Counted from the first letter of the stretch, positions 1-13,335 are shown. The stretch: DNA of 64,000 bases from Octopus vulgaris (GCA_951406725.2 OX597818.1:130014001-130078000); one strand, 5' to 3'. The notes: generated from the letters alone by a model not told the origin. Numbers and translations: made by a program.

Positions 1-42
1 GCTTTTATGCAAGTTCTGTCTAACCAAATTCAATCACAAAGC

Positions 43-271
43 TTAAACTTTTTGATACCAATCTGCCTCAGACCATCTCTAGTTCTGTGATACAAACTTT
101 CTGTTCGAAAGTGATTTAAAATAACATCTTTCATCAAAATTCCATGTTAATTCATATTCCAAACACCTGCTAAATATTGCTAAAATTCTTTTACTAAATT
201 CTTCATTACTTCGAAAATTAATTGAAATGAAGACAGTGTTTTTTAAAGAAATACAAAAATAGGAGGGTTAA
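43..271. mobile_element. TTAA-flanked piggyBac-type MITE (family P2), degraded
   Basis: Starts TTAAACTTTTTGATACCAA and ends GGAGGGTTAA; similar to the reverse complement of 887-1102. Confidence 0.55.
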
Positions 272-886
272 GTCGACCTAAACTTATACTGGAATAACTT
301 GTGATTGAACCTGGGACCTCATGGTTGTGAAGTGGATTTCTTAGCAACTCAGCTTTGCCTGCATCCATGATATATTGTATAATGCAGTGTCATCACAGGT
401 ACACACGCTATGCTTGGAGTAAACAAAGAGAATAAATGACAGAATAGTCAAAGTTGGATCATCTTTCATTAACGAAATATAGTCAAAAATGAACTGACTG
501 TAAAGGATTTGGTTACATGTTGAATTCCTGAGTCCTGGTTCCATTACCTGGCTTTTCATTGGTGGCCAGGTAATGGAACTTGGCTTTTCATTGGTCCTTT
601 GGCTACCCTCTGCAGCTCAAGTCCAAGTCTGTTTGCAGAGAATTCAGGTCAGGTCTCTTGAGTGAGGATACCTAATTTCCTTCCTTGTACCTGTCTCGGA
701 GGCTGTAAAGAAGGTCATAATTGCTGCTTTTACATCTCTGATAAGCTATTGAAAGAAACAAAACAAAAAATCCATAGAAATTTTGAGATGATACCAGTAA
801 TATAACCAAAAGGGCTGAGTTAATTATATTCTACCCATTTCCAAAAAAAAAAGGAAAAAATGGTGGGTGATGGTTGATTTCAAGCT

Positions 887-1102
887 TAACCCTAAACCCT
901 TTTGTTGCCACATTTCTTTTCAATTAATTCTAAATATAACAAACAATTTAGTAAAATAACTTAGTTATCATTAAGCTAGTGTTAGGAACATAAATTGTGA
1001 CTAAAGTTTGGTGGAAGAATTTAATTCAGAACTTATGAAAACAAGACATTTGTACTACAGAGCCAGAGGTAGTTTCAGCCAGGTTGGTATTGAAAGGGTT
1101 AA
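887..1102. mobile_element. TTAA-flanked piggyBac-type MITE (family P2), opposite orientation to 43-271
   Basis: AACCCTTTTGTTGCC...GGTATTGAAAGGGTTAA termini. Confidence 0.6.
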
Positions 1103-1194
1103 AGGATTCAAATTAAATTGTATTATAATTCTTATTTATTGACATTGTTTTGAGTTAATCAGGCATTATCTTATACCTTTGAGATTTTAATTTT

Positions 1195-1419
1195 TCTTTA
1201 TTCTTTTATTCTTTTACTTGTTTCAGTCATTTGACTGTGGCCATGCTGGAGCACCGCCTTTAGTCGAGCAAATTGACCCCAGGACTTATTCTTTGTAAGC
1301 CTAGTACTTATTCTATCGGTCTCTCTTGCCGAACCGCTAAGTGTTGGGGAGAAAAACACACCAGCATCGGTTGTCAAGCGTTGTTAGGGGGACAAACATA
1401 GAAACACAAACATACACAG

Positions 1420-1450
<31 letters not shown>

Positions 1451-1626
1451 AAGCCTTGAGAGTGGATTTGGTATATATACGACGGTCTTCTTTCAGTTTC
1501 CGTCTACCAAATCCACTCACAAGGGTTTGGTCGGCTCGAGGCTATAGTAGAAGACACTTGCCCATGCAGTGGGACTGAACCCGGAACCAGGTGGTTGGTA
1601 AGCAAACTACTTACCACACAGCCACT
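1195..1626 (-). mobile_element. tRNA-derived SINE family A, near full length, inserted into a P1 MITE (about 1100-1190 and 1630-1746)
   Basis: Minus strand reads GTGGCTGTGTGGTAAGTAG...GGTTCCGGGTTCAGTCCC (A/B-box-like head), internal TA/TG tract, tail CCAGCATGGCCACAGTCAAATGACTGAAACAAGTAAAAG. Confidence 0.9.
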
Positions 1627-1994
1627 TGTATATTTTTTTGAATGACATTGTAGGGTATGTGTGAGAGACCTAATGTGGTTGGTTTGAACATAAAACAGGT
1701 AGAAAATTTTAGTCAAATTTGGCTGGTTTAGATACTAAAAGGTTAAGAAATAAGTGTAGAACAAAAGATGGGTATAGAATATGCCTAACTTGCTGAGATC
1801 ATAAGTCTTTGATCATAAGTCTACTCAGTCATGACTGACCCTGGGATAAACAACAGTTTATGACTATATAAATATGTCTATTTTATGCATATATAACAGT
1901 CTGTGTGTATGTGTGAGATAGACGGATAGAGAGGTATGCTTGTGTGTATGTGTGTGTGTGTGATCATGTGTGTGTGTGTATGGAAAGAAATGTG

Positions 1995-2039
1995 TGTGGA
2001 GAGAGAGAGTGAGTGAGTGAGTGAGAGAGAGAGAGAGAA

Positions 2040-2102
<63 letters not shown>

Positions 2103-2112
2103 AAGAGAGGGA

Positions 2113-2146
<34 letters not shown>

Positions 2147-2335
2147 AAGAGAGAGAGAGAAAGAGAGAGAGAGAAAGAAAGAGAGAGAGAGAACGAGAGA
2201 GATAAAGAAAGAGTGAGAAAGAGAGAAAGAGAGAGAGAGAAAGAGAGAGAGAGAAAGAAAGAGAGAGAAAGAGAGAGAAAGAGAGAGAGAAATAAAGAGA
2301 GAGAGAGAAAGAGAGAGAGAAAGAAAGAGTGAGAA

Positions 2336-2378
<43 letters not shown>

Positions 2379-2397
2379 TAGAAAGAGAGAGAGAGAG

Positions 2398-2438
<41 letters not shown>
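1995..2438. repeat. (GA)n/(GAAA) polypurine microsatellite
   Basis: About 440 bp of almost pure A/G. Confidence 0.95.
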
Positions 2439-2443
<5 letters not shown>

Positions 2444-3240
2444 ATTTAAATTGAAGAGTAGAGGTACAGAGAATAAATGTTAACTGGGAATGCAGCTCTG
2501 AATGTGTCTGTGTGTCAGACACTGTGAAAAACAGAAGATTCTCTCAGAATTTTGTCCTTTTCAAAAGAACGACAATTTCGATTCGTATGTCAATGTGTGT
2601 GTGCATGTGTGTGTGTGTGTGTGAGTGCACATGAGAGTGTGTGTGTGTGCATGTGAGTGAGTGTGTGTGTGTGTGTGCATGTGAGTGTGTGTGTGTGTAT
2701 GTTTGTATGTACATGTGTATATATATATATATGTGTGTGTGTGTGTATGTGTGTGTGTATTTTGTATGTGCATGTGTATATATAATTGTGTGTGTGTGTG
2801 TGAGGGTGAAATATTCAGTTACTTCATTTTAGGCATGTATATGTGTGTATAAACAAATATAAGAAAAATATACACACAGACAAGATTGTGTGTTCAAGAA
2901 GTTTACTTCCCAGCCATGCGTTTTGGGTTCAATCCCCCCTTGCTGTAGTGTCTCCAATACCCCAAGACTGACCAAAGATCAGGTAGGCAAAAGCTGAAAG
3001 AAGCTTGACATATCTGTGTGTGTGTTTGTGTGTGTTTGTGTGTGTGCATGTTTATGTTGCCTTGTTTTGACATCAAATGGCAATTGTAAACGAATGGAAT
3101 CACATATTTACAAGCTTCTGTGAAAACATGTCCATCCAGCATGCTGCTTATATTTGAAGGACCAAGGCAGATATTACCTTGCTTAGAAACAGGTGAGCAT
3201 TGGTGATAAAAAGAGCATCCAGCAATAAAAAATACCTGTT

Positions 3241-3991
3241 TTCACCTTTTACTACTTAATCCAGCCATATCTGGCCAAAACATTCTACATGTTTTATGTT
3301 AAAACTAACCAGATCCAACCTCTCACACCTACCCTACGATATCATTCTAAAAATATACAAATACACTTGTGAAAACTTGAAGCTACAAAATAATGTATGA
3401 TTAACCCATTAATGCCCAATTTTTTTTATTTAATTTATTACCAGAAATCTTTCTTTTATACAACTTTATTTGATACTAATTATTACAATATTTGAAAGAG
3501 ACTCCAGATTTGATGACTAACCAGTGGTGTCTCGTGTATAAGTACTGCAGAACTCCCTATTTCCACTTGATATTATCAATAACATTCAATATAATGAGTC
3601 CGTTTTTCTGTAATTCTTTCTTTATACCTGTACATTATACAATGCTTAAGCTTAATGTCAGTAGCCATCCCCTAGTTTATAAAAAAAAATGCAAAAATCC
3701 TTGTGTAGAACTGTGTGTTTCACAGTTCCAGTGACATTATGTTTGACTGTTGTGCACATGTTCACATGTCCGAGATAGGAAGCTGCATGCTAGGGAGAGA
3801 GAGCACTGTGGTTCTTGCAGTGACTAATTAAAGATATATCTCAGAAAAATACAGGTGTTGCAGAAATATGATGGAATATCCTTCTGGCCCTCAAAAAAGG
3901 GGGACTGTGGGCACTAATGGGTTAATTCACAACAATGTGAATATATAAGAAATATATATTTGACAAAGATATCTGAATGTTAAAGGGTTAA
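3241..3991. mobile_element. P1 MITE (reverse orientation) split by a younger insertion at 3405-3921
   Basis: 3241-3404 plus 3922-3991 rebuild the reverse complement of the 30789-31010 MITE; ends AAAGGGTTAA. Confidence 0.7.
3405..3921. mobile_element. Non-autonomous piggyBac-like element, 517 bp
   Basis: TIRs CCCATTAATGCCCA / TGGGCACTAATGGG (13 of 14 match); TTAA on both sides (3401-3404, 3922-3925). Confidence 0.85.
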
Positions 3992-4462
3992 TAAGTTTTA
4001 GTTGACCCATCAAGACTGGAGAAACAGACATTAACATAATGATGGTAAATACACACAAAACATATATGCATATGTATAAATGTATATACATACATATACC
4101 ACCACCACTATCATCATCATCATCATCATCATCATTTCATGTCTGTTTTTTGATGTTGGCATGGGTCAGACAATTTGATAAGAGCTGGCAAGCCAGAGGA
4201 CTGTGCCAAGTTCTTATTGTCTGTTTCGGCATAGCATAGTTTCTACAACTGCCAACTACTTTATAGAGTGTTTGGGAGTTTTTTGTGGCACCAGTGCTGG
4301 TGGGGTCACTAAGTGTCCTGCACGAAAAACGTCCTCTTGGCTGAGGGTATAGTGCTGAGGGTATAGTGCTGAGGGAGGTGGCTTTATGCCCGTTGATAAG
4401 AGGTTAAAAGAATAATGGAGGGTAAGAGATAGGTGTCTTGCTGTATAAGAGGTATAAAGATA

Positions 4463-4719
4463 TGCACAGGAGTGGCTGTGTGGTAAGTAGCTTGCTTACC
4501 AACCACATGGATCTGGGTTCAGTCCCACTGTGTGGCACCTTGGGCAAGTGTCTTCTACTATAGCCTCTCGGGCTGACCAAAGCCTTGTGAGTGGATTAGG
4601 TAGACGGAAACTGAAAGAAGCCTATCATATATATGTGTGTGTGTCTGTGTTCATCCCCTCAACATCGCTTGACAACTAATGCTGGTGTGTTTACGTCCCT
4701 GTAACTTAGCTGTTCAGCA
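4463..4719 (+). mobile_element. SINE family A, 3'-truncated
   Basis: GCACAGGAGTGGCTGTGTGGTAAGTAGCTTGCTTACC head, body to GTTCAGCA. Confidence 0.9.
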
Positions 4720-4731
4720 TCTTCTCACACC

Positions 4732-4776
4732 GTCTCTGAAGGAATATAATAAATATCCTAGAAACAGCTGTAAAAC
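4732..4776 (+). ncRNA. Degenerate minimal type-I hammerhead ribozyme motif in a Penelope-like repeat
   Basis: gtct-CTGAAG-gaatataataaatatccta-GAAA-cagctg-TA-aaac; palindromic stem III ACAGCTGT; core and stem I imperfect. Confidence 0.4.
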
Positions 4777-4983
4777 CTTCTATTTATAAATGTTCTAAAA
4801 TCTACACAGCCTTGGTTTTTTTTATCTCATTATGAAAAAAATTTTTATACACACACACTGATATATAACCTAAGTTGGACCCCTTATTTGCATAATCACC
4901 AAATCTGGAACTTAACTATGGTTTATCCATAGCACTTATTCAGCATTACCCGACACCTTTGGGTCCCAGCAACACCATTATCT

Positions 4984-5063
<80 letters not shown>

Positions 5064-5148
5064 TTACGGAGTATAACTCCAAACTTACAGGGAAAAAATT
5101 CAATTTAATATTAAATCAAATTTCACAATATAAATATATAATATATAT

Positions 5149-5403
5149 AAATTAGAGTAAAACCACTATTATGCAATTTAAACAATGATAGACATAAACC
5201 AAATCATAAATAAACAATATATAATAAGTAATATATAATATTAGGAATAAACAATAAATAATATAACTTATTATATATTGTTTATTTATTTTTGTACTTT
5301 TTGTGATCTAGTTATATGTTTTAAAATATATTTATTCTTTATTTATGATTTGGTTTATGTCTATCATTGTTTGAATTGCATAATAGTAGTTTTTCTCTAA
5401 TTT
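5149..5403. repeat. About 66-bp inverted repeat with an AT-rich spacer
   Basis: AAATTAGAGTAAAACCACTATTATGCAATTTAAACAATGATAGACATAAACCAAATCATAAATAAA versus its reverse complement at about 5338-5403 (about 3 differences); related sequence near 33040-33105. Confidence 0.85.
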
Positions 5404-5408
5404 CTATA

Positions 5409-5562
5409 TGAGTGGCTGTATGGTAAGTACATGGTTCTTACCATATGGTTCTGGGTTCAGTCCCACTGCGTGGCATCTTGGGCAAGTGTCTTCTGCTATA
5501 GCCCCGGGCCGACCAATGCCTTGTGAGTGGATTTGGTAGACGGAAACTGAAAGAAGCCTGTC

Positions 5563-5618
<56 letters not shown>

Positions 5619-5799
5619 ATGTGTTTGTGTGTCTGTGTTTGTCCCCCTAGCATTGCTTGACAACCGATGCTGGTGTGTTTACGTCCCCGTCACTTAGCGG
5701 TTCAGCAAAAGAGACCAATAGAATAAGTACTTGACTAAAAGGCGGTGCTCCAGCATGGCCGCAGTCAAATTACTGAAACAAGTAAAAGAGTAAAAGAGA
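5409..5799 (+). mobile_element. SINE family A, near full length
   Basis: Same head, body, internal (TA)n(TG)n and tail as other A copies. Confidence 0.9.
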
Positions 5800-6234
5800 A
5801 AAAATAGTATATATATATATATATATATACTGCTTTTTTACTGGTTATATAATGGGGTTACTGCAAACAGCAACCACTTCTCACACCTTGCTCCTCTTAT
5901 AGGCAAGCATCTATTTGCCAAATGGCAGATTCAATAATAATGACATCCAATTCTAAGTTACAGCTACTGATATACTGAGTTCAAAACCTACCATGTCTTA
6001 ATTGTTTTTATTCACCATTTCAGGGTTGATAAAATAAATAACAGGCATGTACCCGGAGTAGGAGATAGGGTGCTGAAGCTATTTCTTTAAATATATCTCT
6101 TTCTAAATAAATTCATGACTTGGTGTCAATATGTTGAGTTTTCATCATCGTTGCAGCAGTGGGTGTGGGGTTTGCTCTCCAGCCACATGGTTCCTGGTCC
6201 AGTTCAACAACATGGTATTTTGGGCAAATACCAT

Positions 6235-6462
6235 GGCGAGCTGGCAGAAATGTTAGCACGTCGGGCGAAATGCGTAGCCGTATTTTGTCTGCCGTTACAT
6301 TGTGAGTTCAAATTCCGCCGAGGTCAACTTTACCTTTCATCCTTTCGGGGTCGATAAATTAAGTATCAGTTACGCACTGGGGTCGATGTAATCGACTTAA
6401 TACCTATGTCTGTCCTTGTTTGTCCCCTCTATGTTTAGCCCCTTGTGGGCAATAAAGAAATA
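6235..6462 (+). mobile_element. tRNA-derived SINE family B with a Meta-domain-like core, inserted in an old family A copy
   Basis: GGCGAGCTGGCAGAA...GAGTTCAAATTCC...TTTCATCCTTTCGGGGTCGATAAATTAAGTA; TSD GGTATTTTGGGCAAAT(A/G)CC at 6214-6232 and 6463-6481. Confidence 0.9.
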
Positions 6463-6979
6463 GGTATTTTGGGCAAATGCCTTTTGTACTATAGCCTAGG
6501 GCCAACCAAAATCTTGTGATAGATAGATAGATACTGGTAGATAGATTCTGAAAGAAACTTGCTCTGTGTGTGTATTTGTATCTGTGTGTGTGTGTGTCTC
6601 CTCATCTTCACATCGTGTGATAATTATAAATGAGTGTCACTGTCATACCAGCTGTGTTGTTCATTTTTGATGTTCCTGTGGGGCCAATTTAATTGACTTA
6701 ATGCCTTTACACACGGTGTTCAAATCATACCAAGCTAATCTTTGCATTCTATCCATTCAGAGCCAATAAAATAAATTACTGGTCAGATAGTGGTATTTGC
6801 ATGGAACTTTGGGCAAGTGCCTTCTACAAAAGACCCAGTTGCTCTAACAAAAGCTTTGACAGCAAAATTTGCTTGATGGAAACTGAAAGAAGTCTGTTGC
6901 AGACTTCTGCATGGTCAGCTACTGTCAAGGAATCACACCCATGTCAGCATGGAAGGAGGACATTAAATGATGATGATGA

Positions 6980-7050
6980 TATGCGTGTGTATATATATAT
7001 ATGTATTTATATATATATATATATATATATGTATTTATATATATACATAT

Positions 7051-7094
<44 letters not shown>

Positions 7095-7233
7095 CGTGCA
7101 TACATATATACATAATATATACATATATAAACATACATAGTTATATAGATATATATACATGCATATATATATATATATACACACACACATATATAAATAT
7201 ATACATATATATACATGCATGCATACATACATT

Positions 7234-7275
<42 letters not shown>

Positions 7276-7451
7276 CATACATACAATCATACATACATAC
7301 ATATATACATACATTCAAATATATATATATATATATATACATACATACAATCATACATACATACATATATATTTATATATATATATATATATATATCATC
7401 ATCATCATCATCGTTTAACGTCTGTTTTCCGCGCTAGCATGGGTTGGACGG

Positions 7452-7496
<45 letters not shown>

Positions 7497-7577
7497 GCAT
7501 ACATACATACATACATAGATACATATATATATACATACATACATATATATATGTACATACATTATATTTATACATAC

Positions 7578-7615
<38 letters not shown>

Positions 7616-7654
7616 GTGTGTATATCTATACATATACTTAGATATATATGCATA

Positions 7655-7693
<39 letters not shown>

Positions 7694-7800
7694 ATATATA
7701 CACATATATATATATATGCATACCTATACATATACATACATATTTATATATATATAGATATATAGATATATATACACACACACACATATATATAACACAC
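6980..7800. repeat. Compound (TA)n/(TACA)n microsatellite field with a short family C 3' end at 7396-7452 (-)
   Basis: Direct inspection. Confidence 0.9.
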
Positions 7801-7922
7801 ACGCACCTGAACAAGCTATACACCCTGCCAACAAATTCCTTCAATTAAACTTCAGTTGACTACTGCAATATTATCATAATTAAAACAAAATTGACACCAC
7901 CCAACTGCCACCCAGCTGCCAT

Positions 7923-7982
<60 letters not shown>

Positions 7983-10056
7983 CACTACTACCATGTCACT
8001 TGAATTCAATACAACCACAAACACTAAAATCTAACAATCACAGAATCAGTTTTTATTATTTTTACTAGTGAATCTGTATGTGGTCACCAGATCTGCTAGA
8101 AGAAGAAGCTTAAATCCCCATTACATCACATTCCCCCTGCTATATGGGGGAAAGGATAAGAGATATGAGACATTGATTTATGTTGTCTTTTATAAAAACG
8201 TACCTGAAAGATACGGCAAAAAAAAAAAGAAAATGAAAAAAGGATGGATTGCCAAGACTGGAATGGTTTGCTCAGGGTGAACCTGGGTCTAAGTGACAAC
8301 AATAATCACCAACAGTTTTGTATTTTTCTTATTCTCTTGCTCATTCACTCTCTTTCTTTCCCTTTCACATAATTCTTCCATGGCACCCTCATTGTAAACA
8401 CCGATGGATCCTATCTTAGGTATGAAAAAAAAAAGGAGAAAAGGAAAAACTGTCGTTATAAAATTGACAAAGTAACAATTAGAATCACCCAAACAGTAGT
8501 AGTTGGTGGTGGTGGTGGTGGTGGTGGTGGTGGTGGTGGTAGTAGTAGTAGTAACAACTGATTATAAAGCAATATAGAATTTTTGGCTACAGCTATTAGC
8601 CAAGGAGTTACATAGAATGTAACAGCTCAATCTGCTAGAAATGGCAGCCAAATCCCCCTCAAAGTCACACCCTATCATCTTCAAAAACAAAAACATGACA
8701 TTTGTGTTGCATTGGATAAATGTATTTAGTTCCTACATTAGATACAAAATCTTAATTTAAAAAGTGGGTGGTCATGACTGAAACACCTTTTGATTGCAGG
8801 TGTGCTCAATCAAGTTGAAAAACAACAATATCTGCTATGATTAAATTTGCAGTATTATTTATTAACAAAAGACTAAAAATAAAATAAAATAAAATAAAAT
8901 AAAATAAAATATAATATAGAGAGATGAGCTTTCATCTATACAATATAAAGCATATAACCAAATTTTCTCTGTTTAAACTTCCCTAGGACACAGGACTTCT
9001 TGTTCCTCCAGTTGTTTACTAAAACAGATATAAACATCTAAGCATATCCCACAGAAACCCTTATATCTGTGATCTGTACCAATAGCAGAATTAGTTGTGT
9101 AATGGAACAGATGCTTGGTATTATTTAGTTATGTCCCTTTATATAGTGATCACTGGTTCGTGACATTTTTGATGGTGGGATTGACAACGGAGTTTCTTCA
9201 GCTCGGAGCAAAACAAATATCACCAAGGACTCCATTCAAAGGAAAACGTGGATTTTTTTTTTGGGGGGGGTTTACTTGCCAATGTTTACATTATACTCCA
9301 CTAAAATATATACTAAAACAAACATGCATACACACACACACACACACAAACATACGCACACACATTCATGCATATATGTACATATATATATATATATATA
9401 TATCTGTATATTTATCTATATATATATATATACATATATATGCATATTTATATGTATATACGTACATATATATATGCATATATATGTACATATATATGCA
9501 TATAGTATATATATATGTATATACATATATATATATACGCATATATGTATGCATATATGAACATATATACTTACATGCACATATGTATGTATATATAAAT
9601 ATACATACACGCACATATATATATGTATGTCTATATGTATGTTTATATATATGAGTATATATACGTTCATATAAATAGATATAGATACATACACACACAT
9701 ACACACACGGATATATATTTATATTATATACACATACATATACGCACAGATATATATTTATATTATATACACATACATATACGCACAGATATAAGTACAT
9801 ATTTATATATACATATATATGTACATATAGACATAAATATATACCTACCTATATACATATACATACATGCATACATACATATATATATATATATACAGAC
9901 ATCCATAGACATACATATATATATACATACACATACATACGCATAGATACATACATGCACACACACACACACACACATATTCATAATCATTGAAGATATA
10001 TTTTCCCATTCTCCATGGGTCGAACTATGTCACTCTCTCTCTCTCTCTCTCTCTCG

Positions 10057-10127
<71 letters not shown>

Positions 10128-10857
10128 TATATAACGCAAATGCACACATATCATATTTAAATCGACCCCTCATTCTTATTACCATCCCTCCTGCATATAT
10201 GTGCCATCAACCACTTACCCAACCCTTGTTCACAATTCACTCTATATTAAACCTCTAACCCTATCTCTAACCATCTCTCACTTGCAACCAACACCCAGCC
10301 AACCCTTCCTGTCTTTTGTCCACACACTGTCTTCTACTCTGCTTCCCGCATCTTGAGTGTACACTCTGACACCTTGTCATCACCATCTTTTATCTCTCTA
10401 GTTCCACTCCTATCACTTCCACCGATCCTTATATAATGCGGTATTACTTTGTGCCTCTTCAACTGCGACAACAAACCTGTTCCTGTTCCTTCTATCATAC
10501 TCTGACTCCTCAACACCTAGCATAAAACCATCTCCCTCTCTTTTAATACTCCCACTCGGCTGAGGGGGAGCATTTCAGTTTTGTGATTGGGTAACTTCAC
10601 TTGTACTGACGTTATGAAAGAAAAGTGTCCATTGCACTATGTAATAAGATTGGCATTAAGGAAGGGCATCCAACTATAGCTACCATATCAAAACTGAGAC
10701 ACTAGGGCAAGCTATGATTCTTTGCCCTACTGGATCCTGTAAATGTGTCTGTGTGTGTGTGTGTGTGTATTACACATACATATAGATATATATTTTACAT
10801 TTGTATAAAATCTTGTGAGTGGATCTGATAGATAGAAACTGAAAGAAGCCCATTGTG

Positions 10858-10897
<40 letters not shown>

Positions 10898-11134
10898 ATA
10901 TGTGTGTCTTTGTGTCTGTTTGTACCCCCCACTAATCACAGCTTTACAACAGTGTTGATGTGTTTACATCCCCGTAACTTAGCAGTTCATCAAAAGAGAC
11001 TGATAGAATAAGTACTAGGTTTAAAATAAGTCCTGGGGTCAATTTGTTTATCTAAAACTTTTCAAGGCAATGCTCCAGCATGGCCACAATCAAATGACTC
11101 AAACAAGTAAAAGAATAAAAAAGAATAGATCTCA

Positions 11135-11410
11135 ACTTAATAGTCAAGACTACTGAAAACGTTGCAAGACACAATGAAAATTTTAGGAAAATAAAAACAA
11201 GATATAAGTGGAAATTTTACCTGTGAGTGTGTTAAATTATGACCCTCCCCAGACACAACAGAATATGCTTCAAAACACGAACTCACATAAAGAATCTTGC
11301 AAACGAAATCCCCAAACCAAGTTTCTTAATCTTCCTCAAATTGAGTTTGCAATTTTTCTCTCAGTTGCCGGGCTGTCCTGATTATAAATAAAAACCTTGA
11401 CTATCCTTGA
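11135..11410 (+). mobile_element. Penelope-like short repeat (same family as 60770-61330) with a hammerhead-like motif at 11150-11186
   Basis: Shares TTTTAGGAAAATAAAAA...GTGAGTGTGTT...CCCTCCCCAGACACAACAGAATATGCTTCAA with 60892-61050; motif cta-CTGAAAA-c-gttgc...acaat-GAAA-attt-tag. Confidence 0.5.
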
Positions 11411-11574
11411 CTATGTTTTTTGTAAGACTGCCTTGTCAAACAAATCTTCCATTTTATAAAGATGGCAGTGGGTGAGATGTATATTGACCAAACAACCTTG
11501 GAGAGCAGGAAAATATAGGAAACTTCCTCATCCACAGGTAAAATTTTGACGACATAAAACAAATTTGAAACATA

Positions 11575-11843
11575 GGCGCAGGAGTGGCTGTGTGGTAAGT
11601 AGCTTGCTAACCAACCACATGGTTCCGGGTTCAGTCCCACTGCGTGGCATCTTGGGCAAGTGTCTTCTGCTATAACCCCGGGCCGACCAATGCCTTGTGA
11701 GTGGATTTGGTAGACGGAAACTGAAAGAAGCCTGTCGTATATATGTATATATATATATGTATGTGTGTGTATGTGTTTGTGTGTCTGTGTTTGTCCCCCT
11801 AGCATTGCTTGACAACCGATGCGGGTGTGTTTACGTCCCCGTC
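11575..11843 (+). mobile_element. SINE family A, young, 3'-truncated
   Basis: GGCGCAGGAGTGGCTGTGTGGTAAGTAGCTTGCTAACC...; nearly identical to 59014-59270. Confidence 0.92.
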
Positions 11844-12052
11844 AAATCAATAGCTTAATACATATTACATATATATATAATCTACCCAGTATTCATTCTA
11901 TATCGAGTGAAAAAACGGTATGGATGATTTGTTTTGGAGTCTAATAATACCATGTATGCCTATGAAGATTTACAAACATACTTTCCCAATGATACTCGGT
12001 TTTTTCTCAAACCTTTTATAATGTGATACAAGTCTTTGGTGTAGCAATGGCA

Positions 12053-12147
12053 TGCAGCTGAAGAAGGGTTTTGATCTATCTGTTATATCGATCATGCATT
12101 GATGTAAGAATAAGTTGTTCTATAAAGCCTGAAACATATGTACCGCA
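12053..12147 (+). ncRNA. Type-I hammerhead ribozyme motif inside a ~385-bp element (about 11880-12260) flanked by (TA)n
   Basis: tgcag-CTGAAGA-agggttt...aaagcct-GAAA-catatg-TA-ccgca; one mismatch each in stems I and II; palindromic ACATATGT; GUA site. Confidence 0.65.
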
Positions 12148-12256
12148 ACATCCTTTGCGTCTTGTTTTTCATTTATTTCATTTGATACATATATTCTATT
12201 ACCTATGCTACTAGCTGGCATATACAGGTGCTTACATTTATCAATTATTCACCCTG

Positions 12257-12292
<36 letters not shown>

Positions 12293-12904
12293 AATTTTTA
12301 AACCTAAAGAATTGTTATTTTCTCAAGACATGATCTCCAACAGTATGCCATGCTTTTGTAAGCCTTTAGACATTGCTTTAGTCACTGGACAAAACACTTT
12401 ATTTTCCCTGACTTGGAAATAGGGTCTGAACCTAATTATTATGACAAATATTTTTCTGCTAGTGAGCTGGTAGAATTGTTTGCAAACTGGGTAAAATGCT
12501 TAGTGACATTCTATCTGTCTGCACATTCTGAGCTAAAATCCTGGCAAGGTTGATTTTGCCCTTTATCCTGTTGAGATTGATAAGTACCAGTTGAGCACTG
12601 GGGTTGATGTAATTGACATAGCCCCTTCCCTGAAACTGCTGACCTTGTGCCAAAATTTGAAACAATTATTATTGTGGTTGCTTATCCCCTCATCATCATT
12701 ATTATTATTTCTTCCATAAGATACATTTTATTTTGGACTGGTTCATTATGATGATTGAAAAGTCAATCAAATTTCACTCAGACCAGTCCATCTTGCCTTT
12801 CATTCCCAAGAATTACCCATGTATTTCATTGTAAATTTGTGGCTCATTAAAATTTTTACTCGTAAATTTATTGGTTAAAATCCACCACTGTATTTTAAGA
12901 ACCT

Positions 12905-13221
12905 TTTTGGTCATGAATGACCAAGGGTTTGCACCTACAAAAATGCCCCTCTGAGGCACAAGTCTAGGTAATGTTGTTTATTGAAGACCAACACTTGCCC
13001 ATGCATATCAGCCTCTGCTCTCCATATCACTGATGTTATCTAAGGGAAAGGCAAAAGCTTGGCTCCAATGACGTCGCAACTCATTTCTACAGCTGAATGA
13101 ACTGGAGCAACGTGAAATTAAGTGTCTTGCTCAAGAACATAACACACAGCCTGGTCAAAGAATTGATCTCACTACCTCATGATTGTGAGCTTGTCACTCT
13201 AACCACTAAGCCATGAGCCTT
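12905..13221 (-). mobile_element. SINE family E head (CORE-like) with a different 3' body, degraded
   Basis: Minus strand GGCTCATGGCTTAGTGGTTAG...GTGTTATGTTCTTGAGCAAGACACTTAATTTCACGTTGCTCCAG. Confidence 0.75.
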
Positions 13222-13254
13222 CACTACCACCATATATATATATATATATATATG

Positions 13255-13285
<31 letters not shown>

Positions 13286-13335
13286 GTGCATGTATACATA
13301 TTCATACAAACACACACGCATATACATACATATAC

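Noticed and set aside
672-745. Possible minus-strand exon after a pyrimidine-rich TAG acceptor (YQRCKSSNYDLLYSLRDRYKEGN*)
   Set aside because: Short, no recognisable homology and no compatible partner exon found
8289-8420. Possible minus-strand exon (IGSIGVYNEGAMEELCERERK)
   Set aside because: Weak donor, no homology, partly low complexity
11401-11815. Recurrent peptides such as RQASFSFRLPNPLTRHWSARGYSRRHLPK in several ORFs
   Set aside because: Antisense translation of SINE family A, not a protein family
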